Positions 62,410 to 64,000 of a stretch of DNA of 64,000 bases are shown in pieces. The notes under the pieces are model-generated. The model saw nothing but the letters and a program-made list of their open reading frames with translations. It searched no databases and had not been told where the DNA came from. Position 1 is the stretch's first letter; every line of letters starts with the position of its first letter. The position numbers and the translations under genes are program-made. The stretch is from Candidatus Altimarinota bacterium (GTDB lineage: Bacteria; Patescibacteriota; Gracilibacteria; 1-14-2-50-48-13), in contig JBKBWQ010000001.1 of assembly GCA_046314355.1 (NCBI GenBank), positions 160,001 to 224,000 of the forward strand. Reading direction: 5' to 3'.

Positions 62410-62449
62410 AAAAACTCCCAAGACGCCTCAAGCACTTGGGAGTTTTTTT
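62410..62449 (+). terminator. Intrinsic terminator in the 5' leader of the downstream gene
   Basis: aaaaactcccaag-12 nt-cttgggagttttttt, ending ~13 nt before ATG 62463. Confidence 0.75.
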
Positions 62450-62462
62450 AAATCAATTACCT

Positions 62463-63701
62463 ATGATGGAAACATTAATATTACAGAAACAAGAGATCTT
62501 GCCTGAAAAGAAAGACCCTCTAAAAACAAGTATAGAAATTCAGTTACCTTTAAAGGAATTTCATACATCTCTTTTGAAGTTTACAAATCTTGATAAAGAT
62601 CAGGAGAAGGATCTCTTGTCAGAAATGGTTGAAAGGAACGATATGAGACTTGATAAGGAAAAGGGAAAAAATGATACTTCTAATAAAGTTGAGAAATTTT
62701 CTACGATAAAAAATTCTTTGATCAAAGAGAAAGAGAGTCCCACAGCGTTGATGGCATGGATAAAAGTATTGTTACATGATCTCATTGATGAGGCGAATGT
62801 ATATGAAGAGTATGATGCAGTAAGTGATGCTGCAAAAAAGATCTCAAAGGAAAAGTATGAATTAATGGATGAATATATCTACGCACAGCTGCATAGAGAA
62901 ATACAGAATAATATTTGTTCAAAGGGAGAGTTTCTTTTTAATTTTATGAAAATACCTGTCAAAGGTGCAGAGGATAGAAAGCTTGCATCTAAAGAGGATA
63001 TTTTATATATACTCGGACTGTCACACTATAAACTTAGTGAGGTACAGAAACTTGTGAATGACTTTTCAAAATCAATCTCTGTAAGAGAGGAAAAGACAAG
63101 TCTGCTTAATGTACTGAATGCTATTGAAATGATGTCATCAAAAAAGGTGACCAAAGATAAAATTAAGGATGAATTTATCCTAGCAGTAAATAGCTATATT
63201 GAAGATAACGCTAACTACAGTGTATATGATACTTTCTCTTGGTATTTGATGAAAGGTCATAAACAAGTATATAATCTTGATGCTTTACATATAGATGTCG
63301 AGAATGAAAAAGAGTTTAAAGCCAAAAATGGTGCTCTACTCTCAAGTATTAATGAAAAGTTTGAACGGACTTCTTATCTTGGTGAAAAGGATAACTTTAT
63401 CACAAAGGTGGATGTCTTAAGAAAACTTTACAATAAAGCTGTACTAGACGGACTACTTAATCCTAATGATGAGTCAGCAGTGGTTGAGCTGAAATATACT
63501 CTTGATCTTGTGAATCTTCCTAAAGATCAGAAGGAAGTGAATAAAGTAAGAATAGATTTTGATGTGAAAGATGCAGATTTACGATCATTGCTTCAGTCAG
63601 ATGAAAATATTACTGCTATAGATCAGAAGGAATTTGCATGCGTAAAGAATGCTATCGAAATGAAAAATGAAGCTCTTCTATTACAAAAAGTAAAAAAATA
63701 G
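62463..63701 (+). CDS. Hypothetical protein
   Basis: Long Lys/Glu-rich ORF; ATG 62463 preferred because TTG 62436 lies inside the terminator. Confidence 0.65.
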   Translation: MMETLILQKQEILPEKKDPLKTSIEIQLPLKEFHTSLLKFTNLDKDQEKDLLSEMVERNDMRLDKEKGKNDTSNKVEKFSTIKNSLIKEKESPTALMAWIKVLLHDLIDEANVYEEYDAVSDAAKKISKEKYELMDEYIYAQLHREIQNNICSKGEFLFNFMKIPVKGAEDRKLASKEDILYILGLSHYKLSEVQKLVNDFSKSISVREEKTSLLNVLNAIEMMSSKKVTKDKIKDEFILAVNSYIEDNANYSVYDTFSWYLMKGHKQVYNLDALHIDVENEKEFKAKNGALLSSINEKFERTSYLGEKDNFITKVDVLRKLYNKAVLDGLLNPNDESAVVELKYTLDLVNLPKDQKEVNKVRIDFDVKDADLRSLLQSDENITAIDQKEFACVKNAIEMKNEALLLQKVKK

Positions 63702-63738
63702 TTACTCATCTTGTATTCCTCTACTTTTCTTGATAAAG

Positions 63739-63799
63739 TACATCCGCTTAAGTCTGGAGATTTCCATACCTCAAATCTATTAAGCGGATGTATTTTTTT
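63739..63799 (+). terminator. Long-loop hairpin with U-tract
   Basis: tacatccgcttaa...ttaagcggatgta-ttttttt. Confidence 0.55.
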
Positions 63800-63812
63800 G
63801 TAATATAAATTC

Positions 63813-64000
63813 ATGGATAAGAAGCCGCTTCCTTTTAAAAAAGGACAAGTTCTTGAGCTAAAAATTGAAAAGTTAGCTTATAAAGGTATAGGTATCGGAT
63901 ATATTGATCAGGAGAAAAACGAAAAAGATGAGGCTGGAAATATAATAAAAGTATCAAGTACAAAGCTTGTAGTATTTGTGCCACAAACTCTCCCAGGTGA
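63813..64000 (+). CDS. rlmD: TRAM-domain 23S rRNA m5U methyltransferase RlmD-like (partial)
   Basis: MDKKPLPFKKGQVLELKIEKLAYKGIGIG...VVFVPQTLPG; open to the window end. Confidence 0.75.
   Translation, partial: MDKKPLPFKKGQVLELKIEKLAYKGIGIGYIDQEKNEKDEAGNIIKVSSTKLVVFVPQTLPG

Noticed and set aside
1-64000. Alternative genetic code 25 (TGA=Gly)
   Set aside because: Conserved Gly-rich genes are uninterrupted under code 11, and TGA ends a few genes (18464, 22837, 50356) at plausible lengths, although it is a rare stop here

Overview
AT-rich chromosomal segment, most likely from a Patescibacteria/CPR bacterium. This rests on CPR-style pilin-like, DUF4012 and VirB6-like membrane proteins and on few Shine-Dalgarno sites; conserved genes read uninterrupted in code 11. 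Housekeeping genes present: recG, gpmA, rluA/D, murG-ftsW, mltG, ybaB, rplY-rpsP-khpA, gatB, clpB, greA, rpoD, dnaG, partial rlmD and tRNA-Ser(GGA). These are interleaved with an interrupted sufBCDSU cluster and many unknown ORFs. The most notable signals are non-coding. (1) A dispersed family of ~100-150 bp palindromic elements built from degenerate ~13-bp TAATTGGGCTCAA units: five copies are empty, and one has its two inverted arms wrapped around a 23S-IVP/Avd-like four-helix-bundle gene, suggesting an undescribed autonomous/non-autonomous element pair. (2) An Ile/Leu/Val-rich leader peptide with attenuator architecture upstream of a divergent RelA/SpoT-like synthetase-domain gene rather than an ilv operon. 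(3) A promoter- and terminator-bounded 224-nt rod-shaped RNA resembling 6S RNA. All calls are by eye; no searches or folding programs were run.
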